Source: Clostridia bacterium
GTDB lineage: Bacteria; Bacillota; Clostridia; Oscillospirales; CAG-272
DNA length: 64,000 nucleotides
NCBI GenBank assembly: GCA_017508425.1
Contig: JAFVYZ010000060.1
Coordinates: 13,252-77,251, forward strand
Direction of reading: 5' to 3'
A program made the translations under genes and the position numbers. The notes under the pieces are model-generated. The model was given only the letters and a program-made list of their open reading frames with translations, was not told where the DNA came from and did not search any database. This document shows, piece after piece, positions 45,142 to 55,550 of this stretch (positions within the stretch are counted from its first letter, which is position 1; every line of letters begins with the position of its first letter).

Positions 45142-45966
45142 ATGATCGAAACAATTAAAAAATTATTATCGGAACGCGGTATCGACCTTGTCGCACCCGT
45201 ACCCTTTTCGGACCTCACCGTAACACGCCCCTATCTTTTGGAGCGAAACGGCCTTGTGGGCAAAACGGCCATTCTCTTTGCTGTACCTTATTATACCACA
45301 CCTTGTGATGATTGTGCAAGAAATATTTCTTGTTATGCGGTTTCCCCCGATTATCACCGATTTTTTGCCGCGCTTTTCGAGGAGATCCTGCCCATATTAC
45401 GGCAAAAATTTCCTCAAAATTCCTTTTTGGGCTTTACCGATCACTCCCCCATTGCCGAGGCGGAGGCCGCCGTCAAGGCCGGGCTTGGCACCTTTGGCTG
45501 CAACCATTTGTTTATAACAAAAGAGCATAGCTCTTTCGTTTTTCTTGGCGAGATCATCACCGATGCCGACATCCCGTGCCGGGCTCGGGAAATTTCAACC
45601 TGTACGGCCTGCGGCGCATGTAAAAAGGCCTGCCCCGTAGGTCTTGACACCGCGGCGTGCCTGTCGGCTCTTACTCAAAAGAAGGGCGCGCTTTCTCCCG
45701 ACGAGGAAAAAACGCTCATCCACCACGGCTGCGCTTGGGGATGCGACCTTTGCCAGCTGGCCTGCCCCGTCACCGAGGCGGCAAGAAGAGCGGGGACGCT
45801 TTACTCGAGGATCCCGTTTTTTAACGACAATACCCTGCACCGTCTCACCGCCGATGCCATAGATGCAATGAGCGATGAGGAATTTGCAGCACGCGCTTAC
45901 AGCTGGCGCGGACGAAGCGTCATTTTGCGAAATTTGAAGCTGCTTGAAGGAAAGGAGCCGTTATGA
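45142..45966 (+). CDS. QueG-like 4Fe-4S protein (short form related to epoxyqueuosine reductase)
   Basis: 274 aa from ATG 45142. Ferredoxin-type motifs CTACGACKKACP and CDLCQLACP. The track's 5' extension overlaps htrA and is rejected. Confidence 0.6.
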   Translation: MIETIKKLLSERGIDLVAPVPFSDLTVTRPYLLERNGLVGKTAILFAVPYYTTPCDDCARNISCYAVSPDYHRFFAALFEEILPILRQKFPQNSFLGFTDHSPIAEAEAAVKAGLGTFGCNHLFITKEHSSFVFLGEIITDADIPCRAREISTCTACGACKKACPVGLDTAACLSALTQKKGALSPDEEKTLIHHGCAWGCDLCQLACPVTEAARRAGTLYSRIPFFNDNTLHRLTADAIDAMSDEEFAARAYSWRGRSVILRNLKLLEGKEPL

Positions 45967-48900
45967 TACGTTTTCTTTACGGTGGTGACACCCAAAAACG
46001 GGAGAACGCCCTACTTTCATACCTGAAGGAGCATGCCCAAAAAGGAGAGCGTGCCGTACTGCTTGTCCCCGAGCAAGAGACGGTGACGGCCGAACGCCGC
46101 TTCGTAGAGCTCCTGCCCCCCTCGGCGCAGTTGACCTTTGAGGTATCCAACTTCACGCGACTTGCAAACCGAATTTTTAGAAATCTCGGTGGCCTCTCCT
46201 GCCGTTATGCCACCCCTGCCGCCACCGCACTTTTGATGTGGCGCTCCCTTCGCCGCATCGCGCCGATGCTGAAGCAATACGGTGCGCACGCCGCCACCGA
46301 CCTTCGCCTCACCGACCGTATGCTCACGGCCGTATCGCAGTTTAAGGCCTACTGTGTCGAGGCCGAGCAATTGACCGAGGCGGCCGAAGCACTGCAAGCG
46401 GGTGACCCCTTAAAAACCAAGCTGGCCGACCTCGCCCTGGTGCTTGCCACCTACGAGGCCGACCTGAGCGCTCGTTACGACGATGCAGCGAACGATCTTT
46501 CGCGCGCCGCAACACTCCTGCGCGAAAACAAGCACCTTTTCTCCGACGTGCATTTTTATGTATCATCCTTTCAGGATTTTACGGGACAAGAGCTTTCCCT
46601 GCTTAAAATTCTTATGGAGGTCTCACCCTCACTGACCGTGGCCCTTCCCCTTCGCACACACAGCGAGGAGGGGATTCATTTGGCGGCGGCCGTATCGACC
46701 GAGCGCCGTCTTACCGAAGCGGCAAGATCCCTGGGCCTTCGCGTATTCACCGAGAAATTACCCGATGAAAAACCGAAAACCGCCCTGGATCACCTGCGTT
46801 ACGACCTGTTTGATATGCTGGCTGATCAAGCACCCATGGGACTTGCCGAAAAAGATGAAATCTCCATTTGCGTCGCGGACAACCCCTATGAGGAGGCTGA
46901 ATACGTGGCAGGCCTCATCGCACGGGCAGTGCGTGAAGGCGCACGCTACCGCGATTTTGTTGTGATCCTGCGCGAAGCCACCGACCATATCGGCATCATA
47001 GATGCCGCACTCGAAAAGGAAGGCATCCCCTTTTACCTTTCCGAAAAAACCGACATCACCGTGCGTCCTCTCATCAAGCTTTTACTTTTTGCCCTGCGCA
47101 TCAAGCGTTACAACTGGCAAAAGGAGGACGTGGTGGGCTATCTTAAAACGGGGCTTACCGGCGTCACACCCGATGACGTAAACTTTTTTGAGGAATACGC
47201 AGAGGTATGGAAGATATGCGGTAAAGCGGCCTTTGAGGCGCCCTTTACGATGAATCCCGACGGCTATACCGACCGCTCCTCCGCCAGAGCCGCGCGCATC
47301 CTGGATGGAGCAAATCGCGCGAGAAGCACGCTTACTCCCGCGTTGATCGCCTATTTTGAGGAGCTGGATGCCGCCGAGAATGCCACAAGCCAAGCCGCAG
47401 CGACCTACCGATTTCTTAAAGCACTCAGCGTGCCCGAGGCCATGAAGGCGCGTGCCGCCGAACACCTTACAAACGGCGAGCGACGCGAGGCCGAGGAAAG
47501 CACAAGGCTTTGGGGCGTTGTTGTCGATGCTCTTGAAACCGTTGCCGACGTACTGGGCAACGAGGCGCTTGATACCGCCGCATTTTCCGATGCCCTTACT
47601 CTGGTCTTCGGCTCCACCGACATCGGTACCATTCCCACCTCGTCGGACGAGGTGATCGTGGGCTCTGCCGCCACCTTGCGTACGGCCCCCCCTCGTTATG
47701 CGATCGTCATGGGCTTAAACGATGGCCTATTCCCCAGGGTAAGTACGGAAACGGGGCTCCTCTCAGACGCTGAAAAGCGCCGTCTTGCCGATCTGGGCAT
47801 TGAGCTTTCAGGCGACCTTGCCACCACAGCCTCAAACGAATTGTTTTACGTACACCGCGCACTGTCCTTGCCCCTTGAAAAGCTCTATCTTTCCTATACC
47901 AGATCCGGCGCGGACGGTCGTGCCCTTGAGCCCTCGATCGCGATCACGCGCACCGAGGCACTCTTCCCGTGGCTCCGTCACCCCTTGGATTACAGTGCAC
48001 TACCTGCCAAAGAAAAGATTTTTACCCGCGAGGCGGCCATTTTACGCCTCTGCGAGCTAAGCGAGGCCGAGCGTGAGGCTCTGCTGCCCCTTCTTACAAG
48101 CGATGAGAGGACCAAGGAAAAGATCGAGCATCTTTCCCTGCCCGTTGTCGATATAGAGGCCAAGGTCGCGCCGGAACGTGCCGCGGAGCTCTTTGGCGAA
48201 GGCTCCTTTAACCCCACGCGCCTTGAGCAATTCGTTTCCTGCAAATTCGCTTACTATTGCGACCGCATTCTCCGATTGCGCCAAGAGCCAAGCGATGCAC
48301 TGGATGCCGCAGCGGTAGGCACCTTTATTCATTACGTGCTGGAAAACACCCTTGCCGAGATCACCAAGAGCGACAAGGATTTTGCCGATTATACCAAGGA
48401 TGAGACCGACCGCATCGTTGCAAAAAGCATTGCTGCCTATCGCGATTATCTCATCCGGGCCGGCGGCGGTATCACCCCTCGCGCCGAGGGCTTACTGCTC
48501 CGCCTTTCCTCGCTGGCGCGCATCGTGGTCGATTCCTTGATCGCCGAATTTGCCGACAGCGACTTCAGACCCGCATTCTTTGAGCTTGATCTCTCCCGTG
48601 CGGGCAAAAATGCCCCCGTAAGGCTCACCGACGGAAGTCAGATCCCCTTGTCGGGCAAGGCCGACCGTGTGGACTTTTACCGCGCCGAAAACGGTGAGGT
48701 CTATTTGCGCGTAGCCGACTATAAAACGGGGCGAAAGACCTTTAAGCGTGAGGACATCCAAAACGGCTACTGCCTGCAAATGCCCCTATACCTTCTTGCA
48801 CTTTGCGGCGGAAAGCACGAGGCTTTGGCCAAGGAATTGGGGCTTGCCCCCAACACAAGGTTCCGCCCGGCCGGGGTGACCTATCTTTCCACCGCAGTCG

Positions 48901-49247
48901 GCAGTGAAAACACCGCCGCACGCACCGAAAAGGGGGCGGCCCTTGAAAGCGCCGCCGCGCGCCTCAAGCGCGACGGGCTCCTGCCTGACAGCGAGGAGCT
49001 CTTGACCGCCATTTCAAAATCAAAAAGCGCCGCTATACTCGGCACGCCGCAATCAAGAAAGCAGCGTTTGCTCTCGCAGGAGGGCTTTGACGGACTCTTT
49101 GGAGAATTGACCGATACCGTGTCGCGCATCTCGCGCGAAATGAAGAGCGGTGCGGCAACCGTGGCTCCCACCGAGCACAACGGGCAAACCGCATGCGCGT
49201 TTTGCGCCTACGCCCCGGTTTGCCGCGCAGCCGATAAAAAACGATAA
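45963..49247 (+). CDS. addB: Helicase-nuclease AddAB, subunit B
   Basis: 1094 aa. N-terminal LLVPEQETVTAER, a C-terminal PD-(D/E)xK nuclease domain, and Fe-S cysteines (CAFCAYAPVC). ATGA overlap with the upstream gene. Confidence 0.9.
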   Translation: MIRFLYGGDTQKRENALLSYLKEHAQKGERAVLLVPEQETVTAERRFVELLPPSAQLTFEVSNFTRLANRIFRNLGGLSCRYATPAATALLMWRSLRRIAPMLKQYGAHAATDLRLTDRMLTAVSQFKAYCVEAEQLTEAAEALQAGDPLKTKLADLALVLATYEADLSARYDDAANDLSRAATLLRENKHLFSDVHFYVSSFQDFTGQELSLLKILMEVSPSLTVALPLRTHSEEGIHLAAAVSTERRLTEAARSLGLRVFTEKLPDEKPKTALDHLRYDLFDMLADQAPMGLAEKDEISICVADNPYEEAEYVAGLIARAVREGARYRDFVVILREATDHIGIIDAALEKEGIPFYLSEKTDITVRPLIKLLLFALRIKRYNWQKEDVVGYLKTGLTGVTPDDVNFFEEYAEVWKICGKAAFEAPFTMNPDGYTDRSSARAARILDGANRARSTLTPALIAYFEELDAAENATSQAAATYRFLKALSVPEAMKARAAEHLTNGERREAEESTRLWGVVVDALETVADVLGNEALDTAAFSDALTLVFGSTDIGTIPTSSDEVIVGSAATLRTAPPRYAIVMGLNDGLFPRVSTETGLLSDAEKRRLADLGIELSGDLATTASNELFYVHRALSLPLEKLYLSYTRSGADGRALEPSIAITRTEALFPWLRHPLDYSALPAKEKIFTREAAILRLCELSEAEREALLPLLTSDERTKEKIEHLSLPVVDIEAKVAPERAAELFGEGSFNPTRLEQFVSCKFAYYCDRILRLRQEPSDALDAAAVGTFIHYVLENTLAEITKSDKDFADYTKDETDRIVAKSIAAYRDYLIRAGGGITPRAEGLLLRLSSLARIVVDSLIAEFADSDFRPAFFELDLSRAGKNAPVRLTDGSQIPLSGKADRVDFYRAENGEVYLRVADYKTGRKTFKREDIQNGYCLQMPLYLLALCGGKHEALAKELGLAPNTRFRPAGVTYLSTAVGSENTAARTEKGAALESAAARLKRDGLLPDSEELLTAISKSKSAAILGTPQSRKQRLLSQEGFDGLFGELTDTVSRISREMKSGAATVAPTEHNGQTACAFCAYAPVCRAADKKR

Positions 49248-49258
49248 GGAGGATACCT

Positions 49259-52200
49259 ATGGCCCGCAACTGGACACCCGCACAACAAAATGCCATAAAC
49301 GAGCGTTCTCGTACGCTTCTGGTATCCGCCGCCGCAGGCTCGGGAAAGACGGCCGTGCTGACTGAGCGCATCATCCGATCACTTTGCGATCCTGAAAATC
49401 CGACCGACATCTCCCGTCTTTTGGTGGTAACGTTTACCCGAGCGGCCGCCACAGAAATGCGCGCGCGCATTTCCAAGGCGTTGGGGGATGCCATTGCCCT
49501 GCACCCCAACAACACTGCCCTGCGTCGGCAGCTGATGCTGCTCGGCAGTGCCAAGATCTCAACCATTGACTCCTTCTACTTGGACCTGGTACGCGCCAAC
49601 TTTGAAGCGGCGGGATTTTCGCCTACCTTCCGTATGGTCGACGAGGGCGAATTGCTTTCTCTGAAAAAGGACACCATGAACGCTGCGGTGGACCGCGCGT
49701 ATGCCACCCACCCCGACTTTGTACATGTCGCTGAGCTTTTATCCGACGTTCGCTCCGAAGGAGCCCTGGTTGACAGTCTCCTTGACATTGCCGCAAAGCT
49801 CGAAAAGTTGCCCGAACGCTACGATATTTTACTGCGCTCAGCCAAGGAAAACGAGACGCTCCACGAGGCCCCTTTTGACCGCCCTCTTGGCAAGATCCTC
49901 TACGACCGTCTTGCTTTTTGTGCTACCGAAGGACTTTCCCTTTATCAACGCGCGCTTGACCGAATCGAGTGCGAAGAGGCACGGGCGACGCTTCTTAAAA
50001 AATTCGGTGAAAATTACCGTGAAATGGCGACTCTGCTTGAAAAGGTCTTGGCCGCGATAAGCGAAAGAGATGTCGATCGAATCGCCACCCTGTTGAATTC
50101 CCCCCTTACCGCGCGTGTCGGCTCACACAAAATGCCGGATTGCACGGAAGAATTTTCCCTTCTCACCGAAGCCTGTAAGGAGTTTCGGAACGATTGGCGC
50201 AGCACAGCTGCCGCGCTCGGCGCATTTGACCGCAAGGAGATTCGAGAAGGCGGGCTCGAGGCAGCCGCGATCCTTCGCTTGCTCTATACCGTTTTAAGCA
50301 ATTACGATCAGCATTACACCGCCGCCAAACGTGAAAGAGAGGTCGCCGAATTCGGCGACATATCGCGTGCCGCGTATCATCTTTTGGTGGACAAAAGCGG
50401 AGCTCCCACGCCCCTTGCCGTGTCACTTTCCTCGGCCTACGATGCCGTTTACATCGATGAATACCAGGATGTTGACGCCATGCAGGATGCCACCTTCCGC
50501 GCCATCTCCACCCCCACTAACCGTTTTATGGTGGGCGACATCAAGCAAAGCATTTACCGTTTCCGCGGCGCGGATCCCGATGTGTTTGCGTCATACCGCC
50601 ACGCCTTCCCCGACCTTGATGATGCCTGCGAAACCGACACCGCCGCCACGATCTTTATGTCCAACTGCTTTCGTTGCGACAAAAACATCATTCGTTTTTC
50701 CAATGCCGTATCGGGATATTTGTTCTCACACAGCGCCAAAAGCATCGGTTACCGCCCCGATGACGACCTCGTGTTCAGCAAGGATAGCGACGCAGGACAA
50801 AAATGCACCGTCCTGCTGCTTGACAAAAAGGACAGTGAGGACCACGAGGACGGGGGCGAGGTAAAAATTGACAACGCCGAGGCCAAAATGATCACAAAAG
50901 AGATCAAACGGCTGCTCTCGAGCGAGAAAAAATCGGATGGGACTCCCATTACGCCCCGCGATATCGCCGTGCTTTCGCGCGGCTCCGCCTTTGCCGCCCC
51001 CCTTGCCAAGCTTCTTCGCGCGGAGGGGATACCCGTCAACGACACCTCTCGTGAAAACTTCTTTGAAAATCCCGAAGTGCTTTGCATGTACTCCCTGCTT
51101 GCCACGATCGACAATCCGTTTCGCGACGTCTATCTCGCGGCGGTCCTTCGCTCCCCGTTCTTCGGCTTTACCCTTGAGGAGTTGGTAAGCATTCGAACGG
51201 CAAGTGACCCTTCCCTTTCGCTCTACGAATCCTTAAAAGCGGCAGGCGATACCCTGACCGATGCCGCCCTTTTGCGCCGTGTAAAGGCCGTCATCGACAC
51301 GATCGAGGCCTACCGCGCCAAGGCCGAGCTGTTGCCTGTCGATAAGCTCCTGCGCTATCTCTACCGTGACACGGCGGTGCTTTCCTTTGCCGGTGAGGGC
51401 GAGGGGCACACCAAAAAGAACAAGCAGCAAAATTTGCTTCGCCTGTACGAATACGCCAGATGCTTTGAGGCCGGTGGCTTTAAGGGTCTTTACCGCTTTG
51501 TACGCTACATAGAGGACCTGATGGAAAATGACACCCAAATGCCGATCCCGGAGGGACCTCGCGACGCCGTGTCACTCATCACCATTCATCACTCCAAGGG
51601 ACTTGAATTCCCCGTTTGCTTTGTGGCTACTGCGGGAAAAGCCTTTAACGTTGACGATCAAAAGGATCAGCTCCTCATCGATGGGGCCCTTGGCTGCGGC
51701 ACTCGCGTGCCGAACGTGGGTGCCTTCTCACGTGCCAATACCTTTGCGCGAGAAGCCATCAAGGAGCGGCTGAAGCGGCTCTCTCTTGAAGAGGAAATGC
51801 GCGTGCTTTATGTGGCGATGACCCGTGCAAGAGAACGGCTCTATATCACGGCAAAGCCGCGATACGGTGTTGAAAAAATCGAAAAACGCGTACAACTTGC
51901 CAAGAGTCCGTCGGCCTATTTTAAGCTTTCCGGAAATTCCTATATCGAATGGGTGCTCACCGCCCTGGCACACGTGCCGGGCGGAGGCGATGACTTTCAT
52001 GAGATCCGATCGATCTACCCCGAGGACCTGCTTTGCGACGGCAGCGCCGAGGCAACCGAGCCTGAGCAGGCCCCCAAAGTCGCCGAGTACAACGCGGCGT
52101 CCCTGCGCAAGGAATTTGCCCGTCGCTTTGATTTCACCTATCCGAGCGAGCATCTTTCGCGCCTGCCCGCCAAGCTCTCCGTATCGCGTCTTGCCCCCGA

Positions 52201-52873
52201 AATTCTTGACGTATATGATGTTGAAAGCACCGGCGAAGACGCGCTCCTTGATCCCGACGTTGAGGCCCTGCTCCACACCTTTGAGCGCGCCCCCCGTTTC
52301 GGCGCAGAGCGCAAGAGTGCTCCCGATGCCGCCGCACGCGGCACGGCCACGCACGAATTCTTGCAATTTTGCGATTTTGAGCGTGCCGAAAAAGACCTCG
52401 ACAAGGAGCTTGAGCGTCTCATCGACGCGCGGTTTTTGCCCCCCGAGGCCAAAAGTGCCATTCGCCGCAAGGAGCTGGCACAGTTCTTTGAAAGCGACTT
52501 TTACCGCACGCTGAAAAGCGGTTCCTCCTGCCATCGAGAAACGCGCTTTAACGTCTTTTTACCCGCCGCTGACTTTACCGCAAGCAACGACCTAAAGCGC
52601 GAGCTTGCGGGTGAAAATCTGCTTGTGCAAGGTGTTATTGACCTGTTTTTCACCGATAAGGATGGAAATTTGGTGCTGTGCGACTACAAAACCGACCGTA
52701 TTCCGCACCAGATCGGGGACGATCTCCGTCGCGCGCGTGAATTTTTGTTCTCGCGCCACGGCACCCAGCTTTCTTACTACAAAAAGGCCCTCTTTGAGCT
52801 CACAGGAAAGGAGCCGGACAAAACCGTCATCTACTCCCTGCCCCTTGGTACGGCACTGGAGGAGCCGCAATAA
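49259..52873 (+). CDS. addA: Helicase-nuclease AddAB, subunit A
   Basis: 1204 aa. UvrD-like helicase motifs (AAAGSGKTAVLTERI, VDEYQD, TIHHSKGLEF) and a C-terminal nuclease domain (DYKTD). Confidence 0.95.
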   Translation: MARNWTPAQQNAINERSRTLLVSAAAGSGKTAVLTERIIRSLCDPENPTDISRLLVVTFTRAAATEMRARISKALGDAIALHPNNTALRRQLMLLGSAKISTIDSFYLDLVRANFEAAGFSPTFRMVDEGELLSLKKDTMNAAVDRAYATHPDFVHVAELLSDVRSEGALVDSLLDIAAKLEKLPERYDILLRSAKENETLHEAPFDRPLGKILYDRLAFCATEGLSLYQRALDRIECEEARATLLKKFGENYREMATLLEKVLAAISERDVDRIATLLNSPLTARVGSHKMPDCTEEFSLLTEACKEFRNDWRSTAAALGAFDRKEIREGGLEAAAILRLLYTVLSNYDQHYTAAKREREVAEFGDISRAAYHLLVDKSGAPTPLAVSLSSAYDAVYIDEYQDVDAMQDATFRAISTPTNRFMVGDIKQSIYRFRGADPDVFASYRHAFPDLDDACETDTAATIFMSNCFRCDKNIIRFSNAVSGYLFSHSAKSIGYRPDDDLVFSKDSDAGQKCTVLLLDKKDSEDHEDGGEVKIDNAEAKMITKEIKRLLSSEKKSDGTPITPRDIAVLSRGSAFAAPLAKLLRAEGIPVNDTSRENFFENPEVLCMYSLLATIDNPFRDVYLAAVLRSPFFGFTLEELVSIRTASDPSLSLYESLKAAGDTLTDAALLRRVKAVIDTIEAYRAKAELLPVDKLLRYLYRDTAVLSFAGEGEGHTKKNKQQNLLRLYEYARCFEAGGFKGLYRFVRYIEDLMENDTQMPIPEGPRDAVSLITIHHSKGLEFPVCFVATAGKAFNVDDQKDQLLIDGALGCGTRVPNVGAFSRANTFAREAIKERLKRLSLEEEMRVLYVAMTRARERLYITAKPRYGVEKIEKRVQLAKSPSAYFKLSGNSYIEWVLTALAHVPGGGDDFHEIRSIYPEDLLCDGSAEATEPEQAPKVAEYNAASLRKEFARRFDFTYPSEHLSRLPAKLSVSRLAPEILDVYDVESTGEDALLDPDVEALLHTFERAPRFGAERKSAPDAAARGTATHEFLQFCDFERAEKDLDKELERLIDARFLPPEAKSAIRRKELAQFFESDFYRTLKSGSSCHRETRFNVFLPAADFTASNDLKRELAGENLLVQGVIDLFFTDKDGNLVLCDYKTDRIPHQIGDDLRRAREFLFSRHGTQLSYYKKALFELTGKEPDKTVIYSLPLGTALEEPQ

Positions 52874-52877
52874 CAAA

Positions 52878-52912
52878 TAAAAAAAGAACGGACAAGCGTC
52901 CGTTCTTTTTTT
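52878..52912. terminator. Bidirectional terminator shared by addA and sbcC
   Basis: AGAACGGAC-AAGC-GTCCGTTCT with A and T runs. The T-run overlaps the sbcC stop codon. Confidence 0.8.
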
Positions 52913-55550
52913 ATTTATCGCAGTCCGCACGCACGGTGCTCCCCGTTTCGGTTCGCGTGACAACAAGCTTTTTTTCAATGCGCTCACGAAGCTCTCCCAC
53001 GTGAGAAATGACACCCACGGTGCGTTTGCCGTCCGACAGGCGCGAAAGCATGACCAAGGCACGTGACAGTGTGTTTTCATCAAGAGATCCAAAGCCCTCG
53101 CCAATAAAAAGCATATCAAGGCGAACGTTTCCACTGGCGTTTTGTACCACGTCGGAAAGCCCCACGGCAAGCGCGAGCGATGCCATAAAGCTCTCACCGC
53201 CCGATAAAGTGCTAACATCACGCCACTTGCCGGTGCTGCGGTCCAGCACCTCAAGATCAAGGCCCGCCACACGGCGCATATCGGCCGCGCTTTCACGGCA
53301 ACGAAGCACAAAATTGCCGTCGGTCAAGACCTGCAGGCGGCGATTGGCGGCAACGATCACTTCTTTAAAGTAATAGCGCTGCACGTAGCTTTCAAAGGAC
53401 AGTCTTTCGCGTCCGCCCGTACCCTTTCCGCCCACGGTGCGTACCAACGTATCCATCACTCCCCATTCCTCATTTAACCTTTCGGTTCGGGTCGCAATAT
53501 CCAAAAGAACGTTTAGAGCACGCTCGTTAAAGGAAAGCAGGCGTTCTAAGCTTGAGAGCACCTCACGAGCTGCCGTTTCCTCACGCTCCAGCTCACGCTT
53601 TTGCACAAAAAGCGGCTCAAGATCGGTGTTGGCGCGCCCTCCTACCGCAGTGGTCAGCTCCGCAATTTTACCGCCAACGTGCGCCACGTGCTCCTCCGCT
53701 TGCTGAAGCGTCGAACGGCGTTTTTCAAAGGTCCTTTCATCAAGGAGTGCCGCACGGTATGCCTCGGCATCCACAAAATCGGCGGCGGCAAGACGCACCT
53801 CAAAATCGGTTTTTGCCTTGATTTGGGCCTCGTTGACCAGCACAAAATGTGCCTCGGCGGCCTCAAACGAGGCCTTGGCAGCGGCAAGATGCTCCGCGGA
53901 CTCCTTTTCGGCCCTTTTTGCGGTGGAAAGAGCCGCATTTAAGGACTCAAGCTCGCCTTTTTTTGCCGTAAGCCGCGTCTCAATCTCACGCGCTGTTGAA
54001 TCGGTAATCTCAAGAACGCCAACTGCCAAAAGCTCGGCGCAAATCGCATTCAACGCCTCGCTTGCCGCCCTGCGCTCGGCCTCCTCACGCATACAAGCAT
54101 CGCGGCATTTGGCGCAATACTCCTCGGCCGCCTCCAGTGTTTTTTTGTCGGGAGTATCCTCACCGACCACGGCCGGCGCAGGATGCTCGACCGAGCCGCA
54201 AACAGGGCAAGGCGCGCCGTCAAGCAGCTCGCCGGCCAAAAGACCCGCTTGTCCGAGAAGATACCGAGCACGCAGGTCCGCAGCCGCAGTTTCGGCGGCC
54301 CTTGCCGCCGAAACTGCCAAAACAAGTGCCTCCTTTGCCGCATCCAGACGTGCCGCCTCGCGTTGGTACCGTACAAGCAAGCTTCGTGCGGCATCCAACG
54401 AGCGAATATCGCCTTCGATTTGAAGAATTTGCTCGGCATTTTTCTCGGCCTGCGCAAGCCCGTTTGCGGCCATTGCGGCATTTTTTTCGCAGGAGGCCAG
54501 CAGGCCCGACTGCCTTTCTTTATTTTCTGCGGCCGTTCGCACCGCCTCTCTTGCATTTTCCCATGCTTTTTCAACGGGGCGAATGCGCAATGCCAGCTCC
54601 GCCAAGGCCAACAGCCTGCGCTCATTCTCACGGGAGAGTGCTTCGGCATCGGCAAGCTCCGGCAACGCTTTTAGCGCATTTAATGCCGCAATGGTATCGT
54701 TTAAAGCCTTGCCCTCACGTATTTTCAGCTCGCTCCCTTCAAGCTCACGGCGAAGGCGAAGGAGCACCTCTTTATTTTCCTTGACCCCAAGGCGAAGGTC
54801 CTTACAGTAGATCGCCAAAAGGTCGGCAAAGGCCCTCGGAGTCAGGGACGCATTTTCCTTGGCGCGCAAAAAGGTCTCAAGACGTGCATCGGTCGGGCTC
54901 ATTTCGGCTTGATCCGCGGCGGAACGAGCCTGCAACGCCAAGTCCTCGCGCAAGCGCGAAAGTGCAGCGGCGCGGTCCTTTAAAAGCTGCTCGGCGCGTT
55001 GATAGATCTCGGTATGAAAAAGGTGACCAAACATCGCCTTACGGTCGGCACTGGTAGCATTTAAAATGCGCAAAAAGTCGCCCTGTGCGATCATTACAGT
55101 CCTTGAAAACTGTTGACGGTCAAGACCCACGATCTCCACAATGCGCGCATCCACGTCCTCCATACGCGACAAAACGCGATCGCTCCCCTCCTCGATCAAG
55201 AGCGCCGAGGCAGGAGAGGTCGTTTTGCCCGTACCGCGCAGCTTCGGGCGTTCAAATTCGGGACTGCGTTCCACGGTATAACGGCTTTGCCCCTGCGAAA
55301 AGGTAAAGCGCACAAACGTCTTTGCCTCGGCCGAGGCAAAGTCCGATCGGAAGGATTTACCGCTACGGCGCTCCTTGCCGCCGCTGGCCTCACCGTAAAG
55401 CGCAAAGGAGATGGCATCAAAAATACTGGTCTTACCGGCACCCGTCTCGCCCGTCAGCAGGAAAAGATTCCCCGAAAAGGGTTCAAAATCAATCACGGTG
55501 TGTGCGGCAAACGGGCCGAAGGCACACATTTCAAGCAAAAGCGGTCTCAC
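52911..55550 (-). CDS. sbcC: Exonuclease SbcC (SMC/Rad50-like ATPase)
   Basis: 879 aa. Walker A GETGAGKTS, long coiled coils, a CPVCGS zinc hook, and a C-terminal signature LSGGE. Confidence 0.9.
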   Translation of the reverse strand: MRPLLLEMCAFGPFAAHTVIDFEPFSGNLFLLTGETGAGKTSIFDAISFALYGEASGGKERRSGKSFRSDFASAEAKTFVRFTFSQGQSRYTVERSPEFERPKLRGTGKTTSPASALLIEEGSDRVLSRMEDVDARIVEIVGLDRQQFSRTVMIAQGDFLRILNATSADRKAMFGHLFHTEIYQRAEQLLKDRAAALSRLREDLALQARSAADQAEMSPTDARLETFLRAKENASLTPRAFADLLAIYCKDLRLGVKENKEVLLRLRRELEGSELKIREGKALNDTIAALNALKALPELADAEALSRENERRLLALAELALRIRPVEKAWENAREAVRTAAENKERQSGLLASCEKNAAMAANGLAQAEKNAEQILQIEGDIRSLDAARSLLVRYQREAARLDAAKEALVLAVSAARAAETAAADLRARYLLGQAGLLAGELLDGAPCPVCGSVEHPAPAVVGEDTPDKKTLEAAEEYCAKCRDACMREEAERRAASEALNAICAELLAVGVLEITDSTAREIETRLTAKKGELESLNAALSTAKRAEKESAEHLAAAKASFEAAEAHFVLVNEAQIKAKTDFEVRLAAADFVDAEAYRAALLDERTFEKRRSTLQQAEEHVAHVGGKIAELTTAVGGRANTDLEPLFVQKRELEREETAAREVLSSLERLLSFNERALNVLLDIATRTERLNEEWGVMDTLVRTVGGKGTGGRERLSFESYVQRYYFKEVIVAANRRLQVLTDGNFVLRCRESAADMRRVAGLDLEVLDRSTGKWRDVSTLSGGESFMASLALAVGLSDVVQNASGNVRLDMLFIGEGFGSLDENTLSRALVMLSRLSDGKRTVGVISHVGELRERIEKKLVVTRTETGSTVRADCDK